This document shows, piece by piece, positions 1-10,198 of a stretch of 56,120 nucleotides of DNA. This stretch comes from a candidate division CSSED10-310 bacterium (lineage in GTDB: Bacteria; CSSED10-310): contig JAFGMN010000256.1 of assembly GCA_016927515.1 (NCBI GenBank), positions 1-56,120 of the forward strand, read 5' to 3'. The translations under genes were made by a program, and so were the position numbers. Positions within the stretch are counted from its first letter, which is position 1. The number at the start of each line of letters is the position of its first letter. The notes under the pieces are model-generated. The model was not told the DNA's origin, made no database searches, and was given only the letters and a program-made list of their open reading frames with translations.

Positions 1-970
1 GCATTCGTGGGAATATCCCCGGAACAAGGCATTCCCGGGCCATGCGAATCCCGCGGTGGAGGGAAAAGCGAAAAGCTTCCGCCGGGCCCGGGTAATGGCA
101 AATGGAGATTTAATTGGAATTTACAACGGTTCCGGGATGATCCGTCTGAACCACCGTTCCGAACCGATGTGGACACTGGATGTGCGATGCCATCACGATC
201 TCGATATCGGTGCAGATGGCGTCTTATATACATTGATTCAGAAAAAAGCGATGCACGCCGATATTAACCCTGACGAACCGATCATCGATGAATTGATTGC
301 GATGGTGGATCCGGAAACCGGGCGCATCATTCGACAGATATCGATAATCAATGCGTTCAGAGCATCCATTTACGCACCACTTTTAAAGAAGATGCCGCAA
401 ACCGGCGATGTCCTTCACGCCAACACCATTGTGCACATCAATGCCGCCACCGCTGGAGTTTCGCCGCTGTTCCATGAAAACCACCTGTTGGTTTCGCTGA
501 GAAACATGGATGCCATCGCCCTGATCGATCCCAATCGATCCCGGGTCGTCTGGGCCTTGACCGGTATGTGGTCCTTGCAACACGAACCCAGCATTTTACC
601 GTCTGGAAACATTCTAATCTTTGACAATACCGGACACCGAGGACGATCGAAAATTCTGGAGTTTGACCCGATGACTCAGGTCCCCGTTTGGCAGTACGGC
701 CTGACACCGGATACAGCAATTTTCTCATCCACATCCGGCGCTTGCCATCGGCTACCGAATGGGAATACATTTATTATCGAAAGCAATCGGGGACGGGCCG
801 TGGAAGTCACCACCCTTGGCAAAACAGTATGGTTATTCAACAATCCATCGACCTGGGGACCCAACAACAATCTCCGAGGAACCCTGTTTGACGTCGTCAG
901 AATTCCTCCGGATTTTTTCTCTCCGGACATATCCGCTTCACTGGTTTCCGATTCGTTAGCCGCACTCTGA
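1..970 (+). CDS. Arylsulfotransferase (ASST)-family beta-propeller protein, 5' end outside the window
   Basis: Frame is open from base 2 (HSWEYPR...). Motifs HHD, DVLHANTI, QHEPS, ILIFDN and RLPNGNTFI are typical of ASST-like proteins. Confidence 0.75.
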   Translation, partial: HSWEYPRNKAFPGHANPAVEGKAKSFRRARVMANGDLIGIYNGSGMIRLNHRSEPMWTLDVRCHHDLDIGADGVLYTLIQKKAMHADINPDEPIIDELIAMVDPETGRIIRQISIINAFRASIYAPLLKKMPQTGDVLHANTIVHINAATAGVSPLFHENHLLVSLRNMDAIALIDPNRSRVVWALTGMWSLQHEPSILPSGNILIFDNTGHRGRSKILEFDPMTQVPVWQYGLTPDTAIFSSTSGACHRLPNGNTFIIESNRGRAVEVTTLGKTVWLFNNPSTWGPNNNLRGTLFDVVRIPPDFFSPDISASLVSDSLAAL

Positions 971-3256
971 ATACCCACAACTCCGGCACGTTTCGCACCC
1001 GTTGATATGCTCGATGACACCTCCACAGTCCGGGCAAGCTCCGCGTTCACGTTTGAACGAAATCTCCGGTTGCTGCTTTTTTTCGAGGGCCAGATACCAC
1101 TTCAACGCCTTCGCAATCGCATCCGAACAGCTCAGGATTTTATTGGATCCGAAGCCGCTGGGTTTATGGCAACTGATACCGATCAATTGCTTGATAATGG
1201 TTTTTGGTTCGATACCCGAGCGAAGAGCCAGGGAGCAGAGCCGGGCGGTTGATTGGGTTTGTGATGCAACACATCCACCGGCCTTGCCGATCTGGGCAAA
1301 CACTTCGAACGGATTACCATTATCGTCTTCATTGATGGTCACATACAGACTGCCACAGCCGGTTTCCATTTCAATCGTTCGTCCTTTCACACAGATTGGA
1401 CGGGGTCTCGGACCGACACTTGTGCTGGCGGCTGCTTTGAGTTTTGAATCAGTTTTATCCTGCTTTCCAGTGGAAAGGACCTGGGCTTCCCTGCTGCCGT
1501 CGCGATAGACGGTAATTCCCTTGCAGCCCAGGTTATATGCAAGTTCGTATGCTTTCTGCACATCATCCCGAGTCGCGCTCTCCGGAAAATTAATGGTTTT
1601 CGAAACGGCATTATCCGTGTGCTGTTGAAACGCCGCCTGCATCCGCACATGCCATTCAGGGGATACATTGTGTGCGGTGACAAACATGGATCTGATATCG
1701 GAGGGAATCTCGGCAATCGTCTGGATATCTCCGGTCTCCGCTATTCGATTCATCAATTCCCGGCTATGAAATCCCCCGTCCAGAGCTGTTTTCAGAAAAA
1801 GCGGATGCACTTCCGTCAATTCCTCGCCATCGAGAATCCGTCGTTTAAATGCAATGGAAAACAGCGGCTCGACGCCGCTGGAACAGCCGGCGATAATCGA
1901 AATCGTTCCCGTTGGAGCAATGGTCGTTACGGTCGCATTACGCATGGGTCGATGACCGGGCCGATCCCAGACGGAGTCGGGGTAATTAGGAAAAGCCCCT
2001 CGTTCCTCCGCCAGATCCCGGGAATATTCCACCGCCCGGTGATTGATGAATTCCATCAACTTGCCGGCCAGTTCGACACCCGCCTCGGAATTGTACGGAA
2101 TTCCCAGATGAATGAGCATATCGGCAAAACCCATGACACCCAACCCGATTTTGCGATTCGACAGCGTTTTTTCCTGAATTGCAATCAGAGGATAATGGTT
2201 CATTTCAATCACATCATCGAGAAATCGGACAGCGGTTTCGATCGTTTCCTCGAGTTTAGCGTAGTCGATCTCGCAATCCCCGCCGCTGTGTTTCAGCATC
2301 CGGGCCAAATTGATCGATCCCAGATTGCAGGATTCGTATGGGAGCAAGGGTTGTTCACCACACGGATTGGTTGATTCGATGTCGCCCACGTGAGGGGTTG
2401 GATTATCCGCATTGACGCGATCGATGAAAACAATACCGGGCTCCCCGTTCCGCCAGGCTTGCTGGACAATCAAATCAAAAACCTTGCCGGCTTCCTCCAT
2501 GCGCTGAACTTCACCTGTTCGTGGGTTGATTAACGGATACTCCCCATCATTCCGGACCGCTTCCATGAAGGAATCCGTCAATGCGACGGAAATATTGAAA
2601 TTGTTCAGCCGGTGTTGATCGTTTTTACACGTGATAAAATCAATGATGTCCGGATGATCGACGCGTAAAATTGCCATATTCGCACCCCGTCGGGTGCCGC
2701 CCTGTTTGATGGCTTCCGTCGCGGCATCGAAGACCTGCATGAACGTCACAGGACCACTGGCAACGCCACTGGTGCTCTTGACCCGGTCATCCTTGGGTCG
2801 GATCCGGGAAAACCCGAATCCCGTACCGCCACCGGATTTGTGAATCAGAGCGGTGTCCCGGATAGTGTTGAAAATGCTGTCAATGGAGTCTTGAACGGGC
2901 AAAACGAAACATGCGGACAATTGTTGCAATTCGCGACCGGCGTTCATCAACGTCGGCGAATTGGGCAAAAACTCCAACGCCGTCATCGATTGAAAGTACC
3001 GCTCCTCCCATCGCTTGGCTTCGTCTTCCCCCACAAACCGCCGCTCCGCAAGCGCAATATTTGACGCCACGCGACGGAACATCTGAAGCGGCGTCTCCGT
3101 CACCTGCCCTTCGTCATCCTTCCGGAGATACCGACGCTCAAGAACAACCCGGGCATTAGCCGAGAGATTTATCGTAAAATCATCTGGCGTGCTGTTACGG
3201 ATCGATGCCGAAACAATTCCCTGTGCACGCTGATCGGATTTTTGCATCTCATTCAT
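956..3256 (-). CDS. nrdJ: Adenosylcobalamin-dependent (class II) ribonucleotide reductase with C-terminal TSCPD domain and Zn ribbon
   Basis: FLPNSPTLMNAG, LSACFV, GGTRRGANM, TNPCGEQPL, TIAPTGT, GCKGITVYRDG; C-terminal CPDC...CRSCGYSEC. Confidence 0.95.
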   Translation of the reverse strand: MNEMQKSDQRAQGIVSASIRNSTPDDFTINLSANARVVLERRYLRKDDEGQVTETPLQMFRRVASNIALAERRFVGEDEAKRWEERYFQSMTALEFLPNSPTLMNAGRELQQLSACFVLPVQDSIDSIFNTIRDTALIHKSGGGTGFGFSRIRPKDDRVKSTSGVASGPVTFMQVFDAATEAIKQGGTRRGANMAILRVDHPDIIDFITCKNDQHRLNNFNISVALTDSFMEAVRNDGEYPLINPRTGEVQRMEEAGKVFDLIVQQAWRNGEPGIVFIDRVNADNPTPHVGDIESTNPCGEQPLLPYESCNLGSINLARMLKHSGGDCEIDYAKLEETIETAVRFLDDVIEMNHYPLIAIQEKTLSNRKIGLGVMGFADMLIHLGIPYNSEAGVELAGKLMEFINHRAVEYSRDLAEERGAFPNYPDSVWDRPGHRPMRNATVTTIAPTGTISIIAGCSSGVEPLFSIAFKRRILDGEELTEVHPLFLKTALDGGFHSRELMNRIAETGDIQTIAEIPSDIRSMFVTAHNVSPEWHVRMQAAFQQHTDNAVSKTINFPESATRDDVQKAYELAYNLGCKGITVYRDGSREAQVLSTGKQDKTDSKLKAAASTSVGPRPRPICVKGRTIEMETGCGSLYVTINEDDNGNPFEVFAQIGKAGGCVASQTQSTARLCSLALRSGIEPKTIIKQLIGISCHKPSGFGSNKILSCSDAIAKALKWYLALEKKQQPEISFKRERGACPDCGGVIEHINGCETCRSCGYSECG

Positions 3257-3307
3257 CTGCCGTTAACTCCTTTTTATCGATATTCTGACTGTTAACCCTC
3301 GGTAAAA

Positions 3308-3354
3308 TATCAATTAATTGTAGGTTATCATAAGGTTAGCACAAGATAGAGTAT
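3308..3354. promoter_or_regulatory. Tandem NrdR boxes upstream of nrdJ
   Basis: tatCAATTAATTGtag (3308-3323) and gcaCAAGATAGAGtat (3339-3354) resemble the consensus acaCwAtATaTwGtgt and start 31 bp apart. Confidence 0.65.
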
Positions 3355-3368
3355 TCCAACAAGACGCT

Positions 3369-3782
3369 TTAGTCCAGAATTTCAATCTGAACAGCCGCGA
3401 CACCTTCCTCCAGCATACCGATTTCCTTTGCAGCCCGGTAGGAGAGGTCGATGATCCGGTCCGCGACCCATGGACCGCGATCGTTGACCCGGACAATCAC
3501 CGACCTGCCGGAGTTTTCGTGGGTCACGCGGAGACGGGTTCCGAATGGGAGGGTCGGATGGGCGGCAGTGAAAGCAAACATATCGTATCGTTCACCGCTG
3601 GCGGTTCGCCGGCCGTGGTACTTCCTTCCGTACCACGATGCGAACCCTTCGATGGAGTCTCCCGATCGGGGTGCGGTGGGGACAGTGGCGCATGCATCCA
3701 GCAAAATCAAACTCAGCAAACCGGCGAGGAAACCGGTCGGCCGGCGGGTTCGCCAAATCCTGCGGTATCTTCCGGCTACCAT
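3369..3782 (-). CDS. rlpA: RlpA-family septal ring lytic transglycosylase lipoprotein
   Basis: ASWYG, TASGERYD, TAAHPTLPFGT, VNDRGP, IIDLS; lipobox LDAC. Start placed at the TGATG overlap with the pyrK stop. Confidence 0.9.
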   Translation of the reverse strand: MVAGRYRRIWRTRRPTGFLAGLLSLILLDACATVPTAPRSGDSIEGFASWYGRKYHGRRTASGERYDMFAFTAAHPTLPFGTRLRVTHENSGRSVIVRVNDRGPWVADRIIDLSYRAAKEIGMLEEGVAAVQIEILD

Positions 3783-4561
3783 CAGCTCCATTTTGTGATC
3801 TCTTCCGCGTTGAACACGGGACCATCGGTGCAAACACGCCGGTAACCGTCCCGGGTGGGGACCACGCAACCCAGGCAAGCTCCAATACCGCATCCCATGT
3901 GCTCTTCCAGTGACAATTGACCCGGAATGGTATGGTCAACACAGATGTCCCGGACCGCATGAAGCATCGCATCCGGACCGCAAGCATACATGACCGTTGG
4001 CTCCGTCCTGTCATTCCCATTCAACCAACCCAGCAGCGGGTCGGTCACTCGACCCATCAATCCGGTTTCACCTGTTTCCGTGGCCAGTATCACGGTTGCT
4101 CCGATCAATCCGAACCGATCCACCATCGGTAGATCCGCTGCTGTTCGAGCGCCCAGAAACGCCGTGACCGTTACGTCGGATCGCCGGTGCAACACACGGG
4201 CTAAGAACATCAACGGCGGAATTCCGATTCCACCGCCAATCAGCACCGCATGATGAGACGTCTCCGGCGGAAAAAAACCATTTCCCAACGGACCGGTCAT
4301 GTCAAGTCGATCCCCGGCGCTGAACGATGACAGCAAACGCGTACCCCGGCCCACAACTTTATACAACAATTCCACTGAACCATCAGGACCGGTATCCATG
4401 ATTGAAATCGGTCGGCGCAACAGAGGGTCGGACAAGCTTCGTCCAATCCTGACCATCAGAAATTGACCTGGGCAAGCCGCTTGAGCGATAGCCGGCGCAT
4501 CGAGTTTTAGGTGATAGTAGCCCGATCCCAGCAGTGTCTGCATCACAATGGTGCTCTGCAT
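3782..4561 (-). CDS. pyrK: Dihydroorotate dehydrogenase electron transfer subunit
   Basis: PGQF, LRRPISI, GPLGNGF, GGGIGIPP, CGP, MGCGIGACLGC...C 2Fe-2S motif, DGPVF. Confidence 0.9.
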   Translation of the reverse strand: MQSTIVMQTLLGSGYYHLKLDAPAIAQAACPGQFLMVRIGRSLSDPLLRRPISIMDTGPDGSVELLYKVVGRGTRLLSSFSAGDRLDMTGPLGNGFFPPETSHHAVLIGGGIGIPPLMFLARVLHRRSDVTVTAFLGARTAADLPMVDRFGLIGATVILATETGETGLMGRVTDPLLGWLNGNDRTEPTVMYACGPDAMLHAVRDICVDHTIPGQLSLEEHMGCGIGACLGCVVPTRDGYRRVCTDGPVFNAEEITKWS

Positions 4562-4584
4562 AAATCCCCCTCGTCTCGCAAGAA

Positions 4585-5622
4585 TCAGACCTTTAGCTGC
4601 CCGGATGCCACGTGCTCAAGTCGGTGAAGCTGATCCTCTGTTCCAAGAACGATCAGCGCATCCCCGGCCTGCAGAACCGTACTTGAACCCGGATTGAATG
4701 TCACCGTTTCCTCTGTCTGACTTTTCCCGAGAATCGCTATGATTGTCAGACCAAAACGCTGGCTAACCGCTGCATGGACAAGGGATTGTCCCACCAAGTC
4801 ACTGGTCGGCTGGATATGGATTTCCTCCATATATACGCCGTATTTTTCCCTCAACGCCTCCACCGACATGAATCGATCCAATGTGGGTCTTAAAGCAGCC
4901 ATAGCCATTTGGCGACCGCCAATCTGATGTGGATAAACCACGCGATTTGCACCGGCCCGTCTCAATTTAGATCCCGTTTCCGGAGACTCGCCCCGGGCGA
5001 CAATGTGGATCCGTGGATTCAGGTCCCGTGCGGTCAGAGTAATGAATACGTTATCGGCGGGAGAATCCACGGCGGTAATAATGCATCGCGCCCGATCGAT
5101 CCCCGCATCCCGTAATACTGTTTCCTCCGTCGCTTCGCCCAAAACCACCGGTAAACCCATTTTAGTGACCTGCTCCGCAGCGTCCATCAACCGTTCCACT
5201 ACGACGCAAGGTACCCGCTCAATCTTAAAGAGTTCGCAAACCCGTCTTCCTATTCTTCCAAAACCGCAGATAATGAAGTGATTTTCCATCTGTGCCATCG
5301 ATTTCCTCATTCGCCGTTGTTCCATGTATCGGTGGATCTCGCCCGATACTAGAAGACGGGTTGCAACGTTTACCGTATACGCGACAGTGCTCAAACTCAG
5401 AAACACGATGATGATCGTGAATATCCGTCCATGCACAGAAAGCGGATGCACTTCCTGAAATCCGATCGTGCTTATCGTGAGGACAGTCATATACAAACTA
5501 TCCAAGACGCTCCACTCTTCAATTATCGTGTATCCTGCCGTACCGGCTGCCAGAATGCCGAACATCACCGATAAGGCAAGGTAGAATCTATGCGTTGGTT
5601 CATTGGGTCCGATCCCGTGCAT
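4585..5622 (-). CDS. Potassium channel protein (2-TM pore + TrkA-N/RCK + TrkA-C)
   Basis: Pore helix and filter LYMTVLTISTIGFQEV, Rossmann motif ICGFGRIG, C-terminal TrkA-C-like segment. Confidence 0.88.
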   Translation of the reverse strand: MHGIGPNEPTHRFYLALSVMFGILAAGTAGYTIIEEWSVLDSLYMTVLTISTIGFQEVHPLSVHGRIFTIIIVFLSLSTVAYTVNVATRLLVSGEIHRYMEQRRMRKSMAQMENHFIICGFGRIGRRVCELFKIERVPCVVVERLMDAAEQVTKMGLPVVLGEATEETVLRDAGIDRARCIITAVDSPADNVFITLTARDLNPRIHIVARGESPETGSKLRRAGANRVVYPHQIGGRQMAMAALRPTLDRFMSVEALREKYGVYMEEIHIQPTSDLVGQSLVHAAVSQRFGLTIIAILGKSQTEETVTFNPGSSTVLQAGDALIVLGTEDQLHRLEHVASGQLKV

Positions 5623-5684
5623 GGCGCTATGTTACTCAAAGTCCCTTGACAGTTTCAAACGGTTTCATTGAAAATGCCGGCGTG

Positions 5685-7502
5685 ATGCGATCTCACGTTC
5701 AATCGACGCGTTCGTTCAGAAGGGCCGACATCGGCATGGTCGGCAGCATCGTTCTATGGGGTCTGATGGCATGGATCACGTGGGATACATGGGTCGAGCC
5801 GTTCGTGGACTTCGGGCGCGAACTCTATGTTCCCTGGCGGATTTCTGAAGGCGATCGGCTGTTCCATGATATCGCATATTTTAATGGTCCGGTCAGCCCG
5901 TGGTGGAACGCCCTGGGTTTCCGTTTGTTTGGACCATCTATCCAGACCCTGACCCGTATCAATCTATTCCTGAATCTGGTTTTCACGGTTCTGTTATACC
6001 GGTTTCTTCGCCGGTGGTTCGCCATGGCAGCGGCAACAGGCGCATCCATCGTTTTTTCCATAGTCTTTGTTTTTCCGCACCTTACCGTCAACAATGCGTT
6101 TAATTACATCGCTCCCTATTCGCACGAGGCCGTTCACAGCCTGTATCTTTCTTTTGCCGTTCTGGCATTAGCAATTCGACCAGGCGTGTTTTCGTGCGTC
6201 GGGACCGGATTCTGTTTCGGTCTGGTGTGCATGATGAAACCGGAAACAGGAGTGGCAGTGGCCGGTGCATTGGTCCTTGTCGTCAGTTTGCATCGACGAG
6301 ACCCGCACGGACCCGCCGACCGAGTTCGAATCCGTGTTTTAACCTGGATTGTCAGCGCATGTGCCGCTGTTTTCATTGCATCGACTGCAATCAGCGCGGA
6401 TTGCGAACTGACCGAAGCCGTGATGCATGCCATGGGAGCATGGCGTTTTACGTTTCGCCCGGAAGTGAGCGCGACCCCCTTTTATCGGTTGACATCGGGA
6501 ATGGGTGACCCTGTCGGAAACAGTATGGCCATGGTAGCCAACGCCGTCGGCATCCTGTGCCTCACAGGAATCGGTATATGGGTGAGCCTGCGCGCCGGCA
6601 GAATCCGTACCGCTCGCAACAAATGGAGGTTGTATCTCGTTGTCATGGCAAGCACTGCTGTCACATGCCGGCTCGTTTTTCCGCTGATCACGTGGCATGC
6701 TCTCCCCCGAAGCTTGCCTGTGCTGCTGGTCGTCAGCCTGGTCGCGTGCGTTGCCTTACGACGCACGTTTCCCTGCACACCGCTGCATACCTCATGTACC
6801 ATTTTGCTGCCTTTCGCTGGATTCGGACTTCTGCTGCTGCTGAAAATCATTCTCTTCGCTCGGTTGTATCACTACGGTTTTGTGCTGGCCCTTCCTGCCT
6901 CCATCACGGTTATCATCATGCTAATGCAGATCATTCCCGAAACGCTCCGGCTGCACCACGGCGAACCGCGATTCTTTCGGGATCCCGCGGTGATCGTACT
7001 GGCATGCCTCATCATCGGACACATGATTCCCGCCTGGCATCATCATCAGAACGCTTTTACCGTGTTTGAATCCGAACGCGGCCACCTGATCACCGACCGC
7101 CGCGGCGACTATCTTCAGAAAATCGTCGATACCGTGGAAGCCGTTCTCGACCCAACAGACACGCTGGCTGTATTGCCGCAAGGGGTCATCATTAATTTTC
7201 TTACCGAGCATCGGTCATCAGTACGGCATGTCGTTTTCATGCCAACGGAACTGGCCATGTACGGCGAAAAGACGATCATTGATGAATTCGCCACGCATTC
7301 TCCCGATTTCATTATTCTGAGAGATCGTTCCACGGCCGAGCATGGGGTCGAATTCGGTTCCGGTTATGGTGTGGACCTGGTGAATTGGATCGAAGCGCAT
7401 TATCGCCCGGTCGAACAGATCTTCCCACCGCGGATCGGTGGTAAGTTTGGTGTTCTGCTTCTTGCACGGGATCGCAGCCGAATGCCGGATCCCCACAACT
7501 AA
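5685..7502 (+). CDS. Polytopic membrane protein, probable GT-C (ArnT/PMT-like) glycosyltransferase
   Basis: Many hydrophobic helices, acidic first loop DFGRELY...YFNGP, KPE motif and a soluble C-terminal domain. Start uncertain (GTG 5682 or ATG 5685). Confidence 0.6.
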   Translation: MRSHVQSTRSFRRADIGMVGSIVLWGLMAWITWDTWVEPFVDFGRELYVPWRISEGDRLFHDIAYFNGPVSPWWNALGFRLFGPSIQTLTRINLFLNLVFTVLLYRFLRRWFAMAAATGASIVFSIVFVFPHLTVNNAFNYIAPYSHEAVHSLYLSFAVLALAIRPGVFSCVGTGFCFGLVCMMKPETGVAVAGALVLVVSLHRRDPHGPADRVRIRVLTWIVSACAAVFIASTAISADCELTEAVMHAMGAWRFTFRPEVSATPFYRLTSGMGDPVGNSMAMVANAVGILCLTGIGIWVSLRAGRIRTARNKWRLYLVVMASTAVTCRLVFPLITWHALPRSLPVLLVVSLVACVALRRTFPCTPLHTSCTILLPFAGFGLLLLLKIILFARLYHYGFVLALPASITVIIMLMQIIPETLRLHHGEPRFFRDPAVIVLACLIIGHMIPAWHHHQNAFTVFESERGHLITDRRGDYLQKIVDTVEAVLDPTDTLAVLPQGVIINFLTEHRSSVRHVVFMPTELAMYGEKTIIDEFATHSPDFIILRDRSTAEHGVEFGSGYGVDLVNWIEAHYRPVEQIFPPRIGGKFGVLLLARDRSRMPDPHN

Positions 7503-10198
7503 CGCTCGTCACCCCACCAGAATCGACCGAATGTGTCGGTATCAATCGTGTCCACGTTTTTCAGGTGAAAACTCAATCCGAACTTTACTTCGCTGCGATC
7601 GTCATACTCCCGGGCCAGTATGTCAAACTCCCGATTGTTTTTGTAATACGTATGGAGCGTAACACCCCAGCACTGCGACATATAAGTCAGATCGAGAACC
7701 GCATATGGGAAAAAATCCTGTGCAAAATCGTATTTCACCCATGAATTGAAACTCCAGCGATCCGAGAGATGCATACCACCTTCCAAGGCAAGGGCATGCA
7801 GATCAAAGAAATCGTCAAGAAAATACCGGGAGTAATCCCATCGAATTCCGAATTTCCAGTCCTTTTGACGAAAGAAACCGTAGATATATCCGCTCGATAT
7901 CTCGTCATACCATGGATCATATTCCACCCGACCCGACAAGTAGACGCTGGCATACGGATTGATCATCAGGTCCAGCTTGACATTGCTGTATGGATAGTAA
8001 ATCCTCTCGTCCTCCCCCGGTTTGACTTCTCGTCGTTCCCATTGATCGTTCTTGTAAAAATCATACGTTTGGCTGATTGTCAGGGAGCCGAAATCACGAA
8101 TGATGCCGTCACGGGTCGATACACCCTTTTCCTGTGCATCATCACCCTCTTCAGCAGAATCATCAGCCGCAACATCGCCACGATCAGCGCGTTCGGTTGT
8201 ATCGGTGCCATCATCATCACCCGCATCGGCATCGGTGCTGTTTAGGTCTTTGCTTGAGTCAGTTTTTGTGTGTGTATATCCGGCACCGGATGACAAATCG
8301 AGCGGTCCAGTTCCATCGGCGTCTTCTGCGGCTGTTTTCCGGGTTTTCTTTTGTTTTTCCGGAACAAGTTTCATCAGCAAACGCGTGGTCATCGAATAGG
8401 TCAGGCGGGTTCCCGGTTCCATAAAGTCATCCCGGTCAAAATACAGGATTTCCTCCTGGCCGAGTAATTCCGGAGTGTAATCCAGGGAGATTTTGGGTTC
8501 GACGACATGTTTCATGCGGGACAACTGCTGATACCCGAGCATATCGAAGATCCGGTAGAATTTGGGGCCGTTAAAATCGATACCGGTGCGAAAAATGTGA
8601 CGATGCAGGCCGTCGCCCATATCCGTCAAGCTTGCCTTCCACTGGTTATCCGGGGTTTCAGGAGGGGTATCATATGTTGCCCAAGTCCCATCCGTAAGTC
8701 CGAGATCTTCGGTTTTCTTTTTGTCCCAGATTCGTTCATCGACGAGGATCCAGGGAGTAATCCCGAGCCATGGGATCTCGTTAAATTCATACCAGATTTC
8801 ACCATAGAAATAGCCGCGGAGAGCTTCTTCCTCGAGCCGTTCTGGAACCGTCTGGTCGTCGCGGACAGCAATCTCATTTGTTCCTTTGAACAGCCGTTCT
8901 CCCTGGACCCGCATCTGCCATCGGAGATCACCGACGAGGGTTTTCCATCCGGTGAAATACTCCAGCCGGGGCAGGTGTTCGAGCCGGGTATCAAACACGG
9001 GACTGAAATCTTTTTCGTAGCTTGCGTCCAGAGTCAGGCTTGAAGCACCCCAATACCGGGAAAAACTGACTCGGCTGTCCAGATACTGGGTTCGGCCGAG
9101 TGAAAGATCTGCATAATCGTCATCAAACGATTCGTCACTCTGGTAGTTGATATTGGCAGTACCCCGGATATCACCGGGAAAAACGGCGTTCTGTTCGTAT
9201 GTCAGTTTCCACCGTTCTTCCGGATTCCGGGTTTCGCTGGGTGACTCATCCTCACGGATATGTTCGAAATGAAGCTCACCCTTGGAATATCGGTCGAATG
9301 CGTTCCGAATTTCGATTTCTTCCATCAACCCGATGATCGAATGGTAGGTCAGCCCCAGCGTCGCATCCATCGTATCGCTGATACACCAGAAAAACTCCTC
9401 GTTGACGATCAGTCCCCGGGAACTGCTCCACTTGATGCTGGGCGTCAACAGTCCCGTTGCCCGGCCGGTTTTTGTGGGATAGAAAAAATAGGGGGTCCAG
9501 AAAATCGGAATTTTCTTGATCCACGCAGACACACTGTTCATATGCACATAGTTTTCCAGCCGGATGACGGCATATCGTGGTTCGAACCGCCAGGCTGGGC
9601 TGGTAGAACTGCATGCGGTTATCATGCCGCCGTACAGCGCGTATTGTCCTTCTCCATTACTTTCCAGATCCATCCATTTTTCAAGTCGATCTGCTTCGAG
9701 ATAAAGCTGTGGGTTCACCGCTGCCCGTGCATTGCTTAACCAACCGGTCCCCGTATCGAAATTATAATTCGCTTCATCTCCCGTCAGGACATCGTCGGCA
9801 AATTCGATGACAACATTTCCGCGTGCTTCCACGAGCCCTGACCACTGAAAGATCCGTACCCACTCCGCTTTTAACTTGAACATGTCCTTCCAGATTTCCA
9901 CATTTCCGGACAGCACGAAAATCCGGGCAGCTTCATCGATTTCCTGAGCATCCGCCCGGAAAAAGATCGGTGATTCCCGACTCATCAACGACTCATACGA
10001 TGCCCGCTTCTTCTTGAACTCTTCCTGCATGATTTCCTGATCACTCTTGTCGATAAACTGCTCATCCTGAAACTTATCGAACAAATCTGTGGAACCCGTC
10101 TCCGCCTGCATCAACCCCTGAGCGTCAACTCCGGCTAATCCGGCAGACAAGATAAACCATCCGATCAGAACGGCATGATACAGATATGCGGGTTTCAC
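7499..10198 (-). CDS. lptD: LPS-assembly outer membrane protein LptD
   Basis: Signal peptide, OstA-like N-domain (LSGNVEI, EARGNV), ITACS...W, PYFFYP...RATGLLTP, beta-barrel pattern, C-terminal SQCWG. Confidence 0.8.
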   Translation of the reverse strand: MKPAYLYHAVLIGWFILSAGLAGVDAQGLMQAETGSTDLFDKFQDEQFIDKSDQEIMQEEFKKKRASYESLMSRESPIFFRADAQEIDEAARIFVLSGNVEIWKDMFKLKAEWVRIFQWSGLVEARGNVVIEFADDVLTGDEANYNFDTGTGWLSNARAAVNPQLYLEADRLEKWMDLESNGEGQYALYGGMITACSSTSPAWRFEPRYAVIRLENYVHMNSVSAWIKKIPIFWTPYFFYPTKTGRATGLLTPSIKWSSSRGLIVNEEFFWCISDTMDATLGLTYHSIIGLMEEIEIRNAFDRYSKGELHFEHIREDESPSETRNPEERWKLTYEQNAVFPGDIRGTANINYQSDESFDDDYADLSLGRTQYLDSRVSFSRYWGASSLTLDASYEKDFSPVFDTRLEHLPRLEYFTGWKTLVGDLRWQMRVQGERLFKGTNEIAVRDDQTVPERLEEEALRGYFYGEIWYEFNEIPWLGITPWILVDERIWDKKKTEDLGLTDGTWATYDTPPETPDNQWKASLTDMGDGLHRHIFRTGIDFNGPKFYRIFDMLGYQQLSRMKHVVEPKISLDYTPELLGQEEILYFDRDDFMEPGTRLTYSMTTRLLMKLVPEKQKKTRKTAAEDADGTGPLDLSSGAGYTHTKTDSSKDLNSTDADAGDDDGTDTTERADRGDVAADDSAEEGDDAQEKGVSTRDGIIRDFGSLTISQTYDFYKNDQWERREVKPGEDERIYYPYSNVKLDLMINPYASVYLSGRVEYDPWYDEISSGYIYGFFRQKDWKFGIRWDYSRYFLDDFFDLHALALEGGMHLSDRWSFNSWVKYDFAQDFFPYAVLDLTYMSQCWGVTLHTYYKNNREFDILAREYDDRSEVKFGLSFHLKNVDTIDTDTFGRFWWGDER

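Noticed and set aside
956-3256. Intein or intron in nrdJ
   Set aside because: The ORF is continuous, of normal length, with no intein or homing endonuclease motifs.
5646-5675. TTGACA-N18-GAAAAT promoter implying a leaderless GT-C transcript
   Set aside because: The -10 match is weak and the start codon is uncertain, so it is not supportable without TSS data.
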